Source: Gemmatimonas sp. (GTDB taxonomy: Bacteria; Gemmatimonadota; Gemmatimonadetes; Gemmatimonadales; Gemmatimonadaceae). Taken from it: a stretch of 64,000 bases of DNA. How positions within the stretch are numbered: the stretch's first letter is position 1; each line of letters begins with the position of its first letter. This document shows, piece after piece, positions 31,752 to 40,289 of this stretch. Under the pieces are notes generated by a model, which worked only from the letters and a program-made list of their open reading frames with translations, was not told the origin of the DNA and searched no databases. The position numbers and the translations under genes are program-made. The DNA is taken from the NCBI GenBank assembly GCA_965279375.1, contig OZ257156.1, positions 2,848,001 to 2,912,000 on the forward strand, read 5' to 3'.

Positions 31752-32564
31752 CTACGCCTGACGGGGACCGACAGCCAGTTGTTGCAGCAGCCAGTCGTGC
31801 ATCACGCCGTTGCTGGCGACGATCGGTCCGCCGTGCAGCGTCGCGTCGTTCCCGTCGAGATCCGTTGCGCGGCCACCGGCCTCGCGCACGATGAGAATGC
31901 CCGCCGCGAGGTCCCAGGGCGCGAGATACAGCTCCCAGAAGCCGTCGAAGCGACCGCAGGCCACGTCGCACAGATCCAGCGCCGCCGCCCCCGCGCGGCG
32001 GAGACCGGCCACCTGCGGCGTGAGCGCGGAGAACTGCGCCAGATACTGCTGGGCGAAGGACTGATCCTTGAATGGGAAGCCCGTGCCGATGAGCGCCCGC
32101 GCCGGGGACGTCAGTGTAGATACCCGAATCGGCTGGAGATCAACAAAGGCGCCCCCACCCAACGTCGCGTTGTAAATGCCGCCACGGCGTACGTCGTAGA
32201 TCGCGGCGGCCTGTGGCACGCCGTCCAGCGCGACGCAGATGGAGACGGCGTAATGCGGAAAGCCGTGCAGGAAGTTGGTGGTGCCATCGAGCGGATCGAC
32301 AATGGCCACCAGTCCTTCATCGGTGCCGCCGCCGCCCAGCTCTTCACCGACAACACGGAGCTCCGGCAGTTCCTGAGCGAAATGGCGACGGATGATCTCT
32401 TCGGCGCCCAGGTCCACGCGACTGACGAAGTCGTTGGCAGTCTTCTCCTCCCACACCAACGTGTCGCGCGTTTTGGTTTCTTCGGCAATGAAGGCGGTCG
32501 CGAGAGCGGCCGCGCCAGCGGCGACGTTGCGCCAGCGGAGGCGTTCCTGGGCAGATGGCGTCAT
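31752..32564 (-). CDS. suhB: Inositol monophosphatase family protein (SuhB-like)
   Basis: GEE, DPLDGTTNF, GAAALDL, WDLAAG. Confidence 0.85.
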   Translation of the reverse strand: MTPSAQERLRWRNVAAGAAALATAFIAEETKTRDTLVWEEKTANDFVSRVDLGAEEIIRRHFAQELPELRVVGEELGGGGTDEGLVAIVDPLDGTTNFLHGFPHYAVSICVALDGVPQAAAIYDVRRGGIYNATLGGGAFVDLQPIRVSTLTSPARALIGTGFPFKDQSFAQQYLAQFSALTPQVAGLRRAGAAALDLCDVACGRFDGFWELYLAPWDLAAGILIVREAGGRATDLDGNDATLHGGPIVASNGVMHDWLLQQLAVGPRQA

Positions 32565-32610
32565 GTATTTCGCGTTGCTCGGCTCAGTGAGAGCGGATTA
32601 CGTTTGTCGG

Positions 32611-33600
32611 ATGGCACGCATCTTCAGCGGCATCCAGCCTTCGGGCGAGCTGCACATCGGAAACTACCTTGGCGCCGTCAAGAATTGGGTACAGCTGCAG
32701 CAGCAGCACCCGGGCGCACTCTTCTGCGTGGTGGACTACCACGCCATCACCGGCAACTACGATCCGGCCGTCTTGCGCGAGCGTCGCTGGGAGATGGCCA
32801 AGTCGTTGCTGGCCGCCGGCATCGATCCCGCCAAGGCTAGCCTGTTCATGCAGTCGGACGTGCCAGAGCACACCGAGCTGTCGTGGATTTTTACGACCCT
32901 GACACCCGTCGGTGATCTCGAGCGACAGACGCAGTACAAGGAGAAGTCGGCCAAGTACGAAAGCATCCCGGCGGGCATTCTCATGTATCCGGTGCTGCAG
33001 GCGGCGGACATTCTGCTCTATCGCGCAGATTCGGTGCCGGTGGGAGAGGACCAGGTGCAGCATCTGGAGCTCTCGCGCGACGTCGCTCGCAAGTGGAATG
33101 CGCGCTTCGGCGAGGAGTTCTTCCCCGAGCCCAAGCCGCTGTTGACGCCGGTGCGGCGTTTGATGGGGCTGGACGGCAACGCCAAGATGTCAAAGTCCTT
33201 GGGGAATACCGTGGGCCTCATGGAGAGCGATGAGGCCATCTGGGCGAAGCTGCGCCCCGCCATGACCGACCCGGCGCGCGTGCGCAAGACAGACCCGGGC
33301 AATCCCGACGTCTGCAACATCTTCCAGCTGCACAAGGCGTTCAGCAGCACCGAGACGCAGGCCAACGTCGTGCAGCAGTGCACGACGGCCGGCTGGGGAT
33401 GCATGGACTGCAAGAAGGTGCTGCTGGAAGGGATGGTGCAGGAGCTTACGCCGATCCGTAGGCGTGCCGCCGAGCTGGACGCCGCGCCGCAACTTGTGGT
33501 GGACGCGCTGGCCGAGGGTGCGCAAACGGCCCGTGCCATCGCGCAGTCCACGATCGCGGAAGTGCGTGATCGGATGGGCTTGGGCGCGCTCCGCGCGTGA
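32611..33600 (+). CDS. trpS: Tryptophan-tRNA ligase
   Basis: SGIQPSG.LHIGNY, YPVLQAADIL, VGEDQ, KMSKS. Confidence 0.96.
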   Translation: MARIFSGIQPSGELHIGNYLGAVKNWVQLQQQHPGALFCVVDYHAITGNYDPAVLRERRWEMAKSLLAAGIDPAKASLFMQSDVPEHTELSWIFTTLTPVGDLERQTQYKEKSAKYESIPAGILMYPVLQAADILLYRADSVPVGEDQVQHLELSRDVARKWNARFGEEFFPEPKPLLTPVRRLMGLDGNAKMSKSLGNTVGLMESDEAIWAKLRPAMTDPARVRKTDPGNPDVCNIFQLHKAFSSTETQANVVQQCTTAGWGCMDCKKVLLEGMVQELTPIRRRAAELDAAPQLVVDALAEGAQTARAIAQSTIAEVRDRMGLGALRA

Positions 33601-33628
33601 GCGCTCTCGCGTGAGCGCTCTCGCGTGA
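33595..33628 (+). repeat. 14-bp tandem repeat (GCGTGAGCGCTCTC x2 + GCGTGA)
   Basis: Directly visible between the trpS stop and the next GTG start. Confidence 0.85.
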
Positions 33629-34665
33629 CCGAAGTGCGTCGGGTCGTAGTGGACCTGGTGAGCAGCGCGCAGCACATGCAGCTGCCGTCGTGGGCGGCGG
33701 ATCGGCTGCGCGCCGCGGCGCCGTCGGGTTGGGAAGTCATCGTCATCAACTCCATCGCCAAGTCGGTGGGGAGCGGCACCAATCAGCCCAGCGCGGAATC
33801 GCTCGCCGCGGTGCCAACCGCCGAGGTGTACTTCGGTTTTGGGCTGTCGCCCGAGGTGATCGCGGCGGCGCCCTACCTCCGCTGGGCGCACAGCGTCTCC
33901 GCCGGGATCACGAGTTCGATCACGCCGGCACTGCGCGACAGCGGCATCGCCTTCACCAACAGCGCGGGTGTGTACGCCGAGGGGATGGCGGATACCGTGC
34001 TGGCGGGGGTGCTGCATTTCGTGCGCGGGCTCGACTTCGCCGTGCGTCAGCAGGCTGAGGCCACGTGGGGACAGCGACCGTTCATCGGCGGTGAGGCGCG
34101 ATTGCGCGAGCTGAATGAATGTCGCGTGCTGGTAGTGGGCGCCGGCGGGATCGGCAGCGCGGTGGCGCAGCGGTTCACGGCCTTGGGGTGCAGCTGCGTG
34201 GGCATTCGTCGCCGCCCCGAACTGGGCATCCCCGACGGCTTCGCGCGTGTGACGGGGGTCTCCATGCTTTCGACCGAAATCGTCACAACGGACGTACTCG
34301 TGCTCGCGGCCCCGCTCACCGAATCGAGTCACGGTTTAGTGGATGAGGCGTTGTTGGCGTTGCTCCCGCCGGGCGCAATCGTCGTCAACGTAGCGCGGGG
34401 CGGCCTCATCGTGGACGCGGCGTTGCTGGCAGCATTGGACTCCGGCCAGGTGCGCGGTGCCGTGCTGGACGTGTTCGAGAAGGAGCCATTGCCGCCGGAG
34501 CATCCGTACTGGCGTCACCCGTCCGTCTTGATCACGCCGCACGTGTCTGGCGTGTCTCCACGGCGCAGCTGGGCGCGGGCTCTCGACCTGTTTGAAGACA
34601 ATTGGCGACGGTGGGCAGCGGGCGAGCCGCTACGCAACGTCGTGGATCTCGACGCCGGCTATTGA
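33625..34665 (+). CDS. D-2-hydroxyacid dehydrogenase family protein
   Basis: GAGGIG, NVARG, LDVFEKEPLP, ITPHVSG. Confidence 0.9.
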   Translation: MTEVRRVVVDLVSSAQHMQLPSWAADRLRAAAPSGWEVIVINSIAKSVGSGTNQPSAESLAAVPTAEVYFGFGLSPEVIAAAPYLRWAHSVSAGITSSITPALRDSGIAFTNSAGVYAEGMADTVLAGVLHFVRGLDFAVRQQAEATWGQRPFIGGEARLRELNECRVLVVGAGGIGSAVAQRFTALGCSCVGIRRRPELGIPDGFARVTGVSMLSTEIVTTDVLVLAAPLTESSHGLVDEALLALLPPGAIVVNVARGGLIVDAALLAALDSGQVRGAVLDVFEKEPLPPEHPYWRHPSVLITPHVSGVSPRRSWARALDLFEDNWRRWAAGEPLRNVVDLDAGY

Positions 34666-34698
34666 CCCATCGCCAGCGTCACGCATGCGAGACAAGAC

Positions 34699-36018
34699 GT
34701 GGCGATTGAGCGAATCATCAAGGCAGCGGTCGAGCGCGGTGCCTCCGACGTGCACATCAAGGCGGGCGATGTCGTGCGCGCCCGAATCGATGGCCGACTG
34801 ATTGTCCTGACCAAACAGGCCCTCACGGCGGACCAGACGCGCGCGATCGCGCTGCACTTCATGGCCAGCGATGCCGAGCGCAGCACGATCGATACGCTGC
34901 GTGATCACGACTGCTCATGGGCCTCGCCCGGAGTCGGTCGCTTCCGCGTGAACATCCTGCGGCAGCGTGCGGCGCACTCGATCGTGCTGCGCGTGATCCC
35001 CAACGAAGTCCCGACGTTCGAAACGCTGCATCTGCCGTCGGTCCTCAACCGCGTCGCACATTCGGAGCGCGGGATGGTTCTCGTCACCGGCGTGACGGGA
35101 TCCGGCAAGTCGAGCACGATGGCGGCGTTCGTGCAGGCGATCAACGCATCGCACGAGAAACACATTCTCACGCTCGAGAATCCGATCGAGTTCATTCATG
35201 CCGACCTGCGCAGCTCGGTGACGCAGCGCGAAGTCGGTATCGACACGGACAGCTTCCGCATGGGGCTGCGCGCCGCGCTGCGTCAGGATCCGGACGTGAT
35301 CATGATCGGCGAAATGCGCGACGCCGAAACGATCGATACGGCGATGAAGGCTGCGGAGACGGGGCACCTGCTCATCTCGACGCTGCACACGCCGGATGCC
35401 TGCAGCACCATCATGCGCATCATGGCGATGTTCCCGCCCGATGAGCAGGCAGTGGTGCGCATGCGTCTTGCCGAATCGCTGCAGGCGGTCGTATCGCAGC
35501 GGCTGCTGCCGCGAGCCAGCGGCCACGGACGTGCGGTCGCCGCCGAAGTCATGATCGTGACGCCCACCATTCGCGATCTCATTGCCGAGAATCGCGTCAG
35601 CGAAATTCGCGACTACATCGCCGACGGCTCGCAGTACGGCATGCAGACCTTCGACCAGCACCTCACCGAATTGGTGACGAGCGGGGAGGTGGCGTTCGAG
35701 ACGGCGCTGGCGGCATCCACGCGCCCGGCCGACTTCGAACTCACGTTCCGCATGATGCGCGGTCGTGGCACACCTGCTGGCGGCGCGCCGTCGATCGCCA
35801 AGCGCAATACCGCCACCGTGCCGACCGTCAACGCCACGACGCCGACGGTGCGCACCGACGTGCCGCCGAGCGGACTCGGCCCCAACCCGCTCGGCACGGG
35901 CGTTCACCTGCCGCCGATCAGCACCAGTCCGACGAGCCACGGTGCCGTGACCAGCCCGAATCCGCTCGGCACGGACACCGTCTTCGGCAGCGGCTTCGAG
36001 AGTCTCTTCGGCAGCTGA
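34699..36018 (+). CDS. pilT: PilT/PilU family type IV pilus retraction ATPase
   Basis: ASDVHI, GVTGSGKSST, ALRQDPDVIMIGEMRD, AETGHL..TLHT, GMQTFDQ. Confidence 0.88.
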   Translation: MAIERIIKAAVERGASDVHIKAGDVVRARIDGRLIVLTKQALTADQTRAIALHFMASDAERSTIDTLRDHDCSWASPGVGRFRVNILRQRAAHSIVLRVIPNEVPTFETLHLPSVLNRVAHSERGMVLVTGVTGSGKSSTMAAFVQAINASHEKHILTLENPIEFIHADLRSSVTQREVGIDTDSFRMGLRAALRQDPDVIMIGEMRDAETIDTAMKAAETGHLLISTLHTPDACSTIMRIMAMFPPDEQAVVRMRLAESLQAVVSQRLLPRASGHGRAVAAEVMIVTPTIRDLIAENRVSEIRDYIADGSQYGMQTFDQHLTELVTSGEVAFETALAASTRPADFELTFRMMRGRGTPAGGAPSIAKRNTATVPTVNATTPTVRTDVPPSGLGPNPLGTGVHLPPISTSPTSHGAVTSPNPLGTDTVFGSGFESLFGS

Positions 36019-36055
36019 CCGCACCACACCCGCTCATGGCGAGTAGATTTGGCAG

Positions 36056-36952
36056 ATGCCGACTACTCCTCTGGGCGGGCTCATGGTCCCCGCCGTCTCG
36101 ACGTTCGACGCGCACGGTGAACTCGATCGTGCCGCTTTCGTTTCCAACCTCGATGCGCACCTGTCGTTCGGGATGGACGGGGTGCTGGTGGCTGGCTCGA
36201 GTGGCGAGTCCGCGCTGCTCGACGACACCGATCGTCGTCAGCTGCTGACATGGGCGCGGGAATGCGTGCCGAGTGAAAAGTGGCTGCTGGCCGGCATTGG
36301 CAGCGAAAGCACGCGCCTGACGATTTCCCGTGCGCGCGACGCGAAAGAGCTGGGGGCGGACGCGGTGTTGGTCGTCTCGCCGCACTATTTCCTCAAGCGC
36401 ATGTCGCAGCACGCACTCGTGCAGCATTTCCTAGCCGTCGCCGATGCCAGCCCGCTGCCCGTGCTGCTCTACAACATTCCCGTGTACGCGCACGTGGTGC
36501 TCGCGCCGGAAACGGTGCACACGTTGTCGCAGCATGAGAACATCGTCGGGATGAAGGACAGTGCGGGTAATTTGCCGGTGCTGGCGGAGTATCTGGCCGC
36601 GCAGAACGATGGCTTCCGCGTGTTGACCGGGAGCGGCGCGACCGTGGTGCCGGCACTCACGGGCGGCGCGAAGGGCGCGATTCTCGCGATCGCGCTGTAT
36701 GTGGGGCCGATGGTGCGCGAGATGGTCGATCTCTTCCGCGCGGGCAACGTGGATGCCGCGACGGCGTTGCAGGCACGTCTGGCGCCGCTGGCCACGGATA
36801 TCGCCGGCGCCATGGGGCCGGCCGGCATCAAGGCCGCGATGACGATGACCGGACTGCAAGGCACGGTTACCCGCGCGCCGTTGCTGGCGTTGAGCGATGA
36901 GGAGATGGCCACCGTGCGAGCGCGCTTGCAGGCGGCCGGCGCGCTCGCGTAG
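36056..36952 (+). CDS. DHDPS/NAL-family class I aldolase
   Basis: GSSGES, YNIP, GMKDS Schiff-base Lys. Confidence 0.85.
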   Translation: MPTTPLGGLMVPAVSTFDAHGELDRAAFVSNLDAHLSFGMDGVLVAGSSGESALLDDTDRRQLLTWARECVPSEKWLLAGIGSESTRLTISRARDAKELGADAVLVVSPHYFLKRMSQHALVQHFLAVADASPLPVLLYNIPVYAHVVLAPETVHTLSQHENIVGMKDSAGNLPVLAEYLAAQNDGFRVLTGSGATVVPALTGGAKGAILAIALYVGPMVREMVDLFRAGNVDAATALQARLAPLATDIAGAMGPAGIKAAMTMTGLQGTVTRAPLLALSDEEMATVRARLQAAGALA

Positions 36953-36993
36953 CGCACGCGCGTAGCACTCGAAACGCACTGCGTGGTGCGCGC

Positions 36994-38400
36994 GTGAGTG
37001 CGAGATGGCGCGAGCGGCTGTATGCGCGACTCGCCGGTCAACCGACGCCGCTGCTGATTCTTCCCGACGGTATCTGGACAGCGGCGTCGATCTGGGCTGG
37101 TGCGCGGCAGTGGACGCGTGCCTTTCGAGAGGCCGGGATCGGGGAAGGGGACCGCGTGATCTGTGCGCTCCCCGCTGGAGCTGCCTTCGTGCAGCTGCTC
37201 GTGGCGTCGCTGTGGGACGATGTCACGCTCGCCGTGGCTGCACCGCGCGATGCCACAGCTGCTCACGCCGACGCGTTACTCGCCGAACTCGATGCGCGAC
37301 TGCTCGTGTGCGAGGACGCTCAGGCGAGTGCGTTTGCCTTTGTGCCGTCGGCAGCAGGTTGGCCGGAGGAGGCATTTCCCGAGCTTCGCCAAATGCACGC
37401 GCCGCCGGAGCCCGACGCGCGACTTCTGTTGCGAACCTCCGGAACGGGAGGCGCGCAGCGCTGGATCGCGCTCTCCGACGCGAATCTCTTTGCGGTGCTG
37501 GATAGTCATCTCCCGCTGCTCGACCTCGCGGGTGCGTCGGTGCTGAGCGTGCTGCCGTGGCATCACGCCTTCGGTCTCGTGCTCGGACTGCTCGCTTCGT
37601 TGCTCGCGGCCGACGAGATCGTGCGCGATGGCGCCGATGGTCGAGATCTCACGGCGTTGCTCACGCTGGCGCGTTCGCATCCGATCACGCACGTGGATCT
37701 CGTGCCGCTGCTGGCGACGCGACTGTTCGACGTGGCGGAGGGAGCGTCATTGTTGCGTGGGCTGCGCGGAGGCCTGGTGGGCGGCGCGCCCGTGTCCGCG
37801 GCATTGGCCTCGCAGCTTGCGGCCACACGGCTGCGCGTGGGCTACGGGCAGACCGAGGCCGCGCCGGGCATCATGCTTGGCGACCCAGGTGAGTGGTCGC
37901 CGCGTTTGCTCGGCCGACCCGTTGGCTGCGAGGTACGTCTCGACACGGATGGCGCGCTGGCCTTTCGTGGCGAGAACGCCTGCCTCGGTGCATGGCGAGG
38001 CGGTGTGCTCGAGCGAGAAGCGCCTGAACGGTGGGTACGTACCGGCGACGTTGTGGACCAGCGTAGCGATGGCAGCTATCGGTTCATCGGTCGCGCGAGC
38101 GATGCCTTCAAGCTGCCCAACGGTCGTTTCGTGGATGCCGCGTGTTTCGAGGAGGCATTGCGTGTCGCGTTTCCCGAGGCGACGCAGTTGCTGCTGCGTG
38201 CACACGAGGAAGACGGCATCGAGCTGCTCGTGAGTGCCCCGTTGGGCGCGGTTACAGTGGAGCGTGCGCGGCTGGCGCTGCCTGCGTTGCCCGCGTGGCT
38301 TCGCTCCGTTCGCCACGTCGACGAATCGGCGTGGCATCGGACGCCCAAGGGTGATGTCGATCGGGCGCGTCCGCTCTCGACCGACGGGCCCTTCGGTTAG
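36994..38400 (+). CDS. AMP-binding acyl-CoA ligase family protein (candidate p-coumarate-CoA ligase)
   Basis: TSGTGG, LPWHHAFG, GYGQTE, RTGD, GR..D.FKL.NG; lies 1.3 kb from pyp. Confidence 0.75.
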   Translation: MSARWRERLYARLAGQPTPLLILPDGIWTAASIWAGARQWTRAFREAGIGEGDRVICALPAGAAFVQLLVASLWDDVTLAVAAPRDATAAHADALLAELDARLLVCEDAQASAFAFVPSAAGWPEEAFPELRQMHAPPEPDARLLLRTSGTGGAQRWIALSDANLFAVLDSHLPLLDLAGASVLSVLPWHHAFGLVLGLLASLLAADEIVRDGADGRDLTALLTLARSHPITHVDLVPLLATRLFDVAEGASLLRGLRGGLVGGAPVSAALASQLAATRLRVGYGQTEAAPGIMLGDPGEWSPRLLGRPVGCEVRLDTDGALAFRGENACLGAWRGGVLEREAPERWVRTGDVVDQRSDGSYRFIGRASDAFKLPNGRFVDAACFEEALRVAFPEATQLLLRAHEEDGIELLVSAPLGAVTVERARLALPALPAWLRSVRHVDESAWHRTPKGDVDRARPLSTDGPFG

Positions 38401-38415
38401 CGCGACGCCGAGCGG

Positions 38416-38886
38416 CTACGCCGCGATACGGGCGCAGACGCGGGAGACGTCGACGCGCAGCGATTCGATGATCTCCATCGCGGTCGCGACCAGTCGCTCC
38501 AACTGTTCGCGCTCGAGCAGGACTTCGATCCGCTGAATGAGATAAGTGGCGGCAGAGGCGCGTACGAGCACGGCCAGTTCGGTGGCGCCGGTGCGCGATG
38601 TGTCGTAGTTGGCGACGAGATGGTGGCGCTGCCATTCGAAGCGCAGCTCCAGCCAGACGATCGCGAGGCTGCGATAGAGCTCTGCCTCATCCGCAGCGCC
38701 CGACATGGCGGCGGCGAAGGTGCGCAACTCGGCGCAGAGGCGAAGCGCGTCTTCCTCGATGCCGGCGCGGTCAACTTCCGCGAGAGTCACGGCGCCGGAC
38801 AGCTCGCGCAACGCGGTCGCCACGTCGTGCTCGTCGGCGACGTGAAGGAGCTGCTTGGATAGCGGAGACTTCTCACCGACGGGCAT
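38416..38886 (-). CDS. Hypothetical alpha-helical protein
   Basis: Non-overlapping 3' part of ORF 38416..39291; ATG 38886 inferred; no motif recognised. Confidence 0.5.
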   Translation of the reverse strand: MPVGEKSPLSKQLLHVADEHDVATALRELSGAVTLAEVDRAGIEEDALRLCAELRTFAAAMSGAADEAELYRSLAIVWLELRFEWQRHHLVANYDTSRTGATELAVLVRASAATYLIQRIEVLLEREQLERLVATAMEIIESLRVDVSRVCARIAA

Positions 38887-39067
38887 TGCAATCTCGTGCT
38901 GTGGCGTCACGCGCAATGCGCGTACTGCGCCAGTATCGTCACGGCTCGCCACGTCGCGCGCCCACTCACCTCTAAATGTCGTCCGCGCCGCCCCGAACTT
39001 AACGTATTGGGAGAAAGTGAATTGCGACCCGCGAATCCTCCCCGTCCCCCGGCGCGTACGCTTGGCC

Positions 39068-39598
39068 ATGGATCCGATCACCACCATCTCCTCCACGCTC
39101 GCGCTCGGCCTGCTGGCCGTCACTCTGCTGGCCGGTCTCGTTCTCGTGCCGGTCGGGTTGCCGGGACTCTGGCTGATGCTCGGTGCGGCGCTCGTGTACT
39201 GGGTCGTCCTGCCGACCGGCGGTATCGGGCTTTGGACGTTCGGCGGAGCGGCGTTGCTCGTCATCGTCGCGGAAGTGCTCGAGTACACCATCGCCGGCCG
39301 CTACACGCGCCGCTATGGCGGCTCGCGGCGTGCGTCGTGGGGGGCCGTCATCGGTGGACTGGTCGGCGCGGTGGTCGGCGTGCCTGTACCCGTGGTCGGG
39401 TCGCTGGTGGGCGCATTCGCCGGCGCGTTCCTGGGCGCCTTTGTCGGCGAGCTGACGGTGCATCGTGATCAGCGCAACAACCCCACCAAGGTCGCGACCG
39501 GAGCCATCGTCGGGCGAGCGGTGGCAGCGGCGGTCAAGAGCGGACTCGGCGTGCTCGTCGCCAGCCTTCTGTTCAGCGCCGCCTTGGTCGGCGGCTGA
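39068..39598 (+). CDS. DUF456 family membrane protein
   Basis: GLPG.WL, RRYGGSRRASWGAVIGG, GAF.GAF.GE. Confidence 0.8.
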   Translation: MDPITTISSTLALGLLAVTLLAGLVLVPVGLPGLWLMLGAALVYWVVLPTGGIGLWTFGGAALLVIVAEVLEYTIAGRYTRRYGGSRRASWGAVIGGLVGAVVGVPVPVVGSLVGAFAGAFLGAFVGELTVHRDQRNNPTKVATGAIVGRAVAAAVKSGLGVLVASLLFSAALVGG

Positions 39599-39656
39599 GC
39601 CGGGGCTCCGACGAGCCCTGCACTTCGAGTAAAGAGGCCGTCGATCGGCGACGCCG

Positions 39657-40043
39657 TCAGGCCGGCCGAAGCCGGACGAGAATCCAGTTCGAGCACGACT
39701 CGCTGTGTCGATACAGTCGAATGCGCACGTTCGTCGGCTTCATGCGGTAGGTGAACGTGAAGTCGAACTCGACGTCCAACGCGCCTTGGTCGATCCCTTC
39801 CTTGAACCGGCCGAACATGAGTCGGTTGTTGGTGCAGGGCGCCACTTGCTTGAAGAAGTTCCGACCTTCCGCCTCGGCGACTGGAACGCCGGCCATCTCC
39901 GACTCCCAGCGGTTGTAGAGCAGGACGAAACCCGAGTCGTCGACGCGCACGACGCCGAACGGCGCCTCATCCAGCACCGCGCGGGGGGCACTTGGCAAGT
40001 TCGCGAGGAATTCTTCGGTGACAAACGATGTGATGGTCGACAA
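39657..40043 (-). CDS. pyp: Photoactive yellow protein (PYP) homolog, about 128 aa
   Basis: LDEAPFGVV, YNRWE (Y42/E46), GRNFFKQVAPCT (C69), FTYRM, NWILV; TTG start inferred. Confidence 0.88.
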   Translation of the reverse strand: MSTITSFVTEEFLANLPSAPRAVLDEAPFGVVRVDDSGFVLLYNRWESEMAGVPVAEAEGRNFFKQVAPCTNNRLMFGRFKEGIDQGALDVEFDFTFTYRMKPTNVRIRLYRHSESCSNWILVRLRPA

Positions 40044-40186
40044 ATGACGGCTCTCGAATCGCGGTGATGCCTCAGGACTGGCCCACACCAAACCGGCCAC
40101 CCTCTGAATCTCCTGAGGAGGATCGGTCGCTCGCTCGGAAATGGTGAGCGAGGGTCCGCTCATTCGGCTTTCGGCCCCCGTCGCGG

Positions 40187-40214
40187 TTGCCACGGCGATG
40201 CCTCGGAGTAGATT
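40187..40214 (+). promoter_or_regulatory. Putative sigma70 promoter of purA
   Basis: TTGCCA-16 bp-TAGATT. Confidence 0.4.
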
Positions 40215-40219
40215 CATCC

Positions 40220-40253
40220 AACGCCCTGCGGAACGTCCGCGGGGCGTTTTTTT
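40220..40253 (+). terminator. Terminator-like hairpin with T-tract directly upstream of purA
   Basis: AACGCCCTGCGGA-ACG-TCCGCGGGGCGTT followed by TTTTT. Confidence 0.6.
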
Positions 40254-40289
40254 GTGCGCGGCCCCGGGGCCGCCTGAGACGGAATTCGC

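Noticed and set aside
36056..36952. dapA assignment
   Set aside because: GSSGE rather than GTTGE and no lysine-pathway context; left as a family-level call
38887..39291. N-terminal extension of the 291-aa minus-strand ORF
   Set aside because: Overlaps the DUF456 gene on the opposite strand; likely spurious
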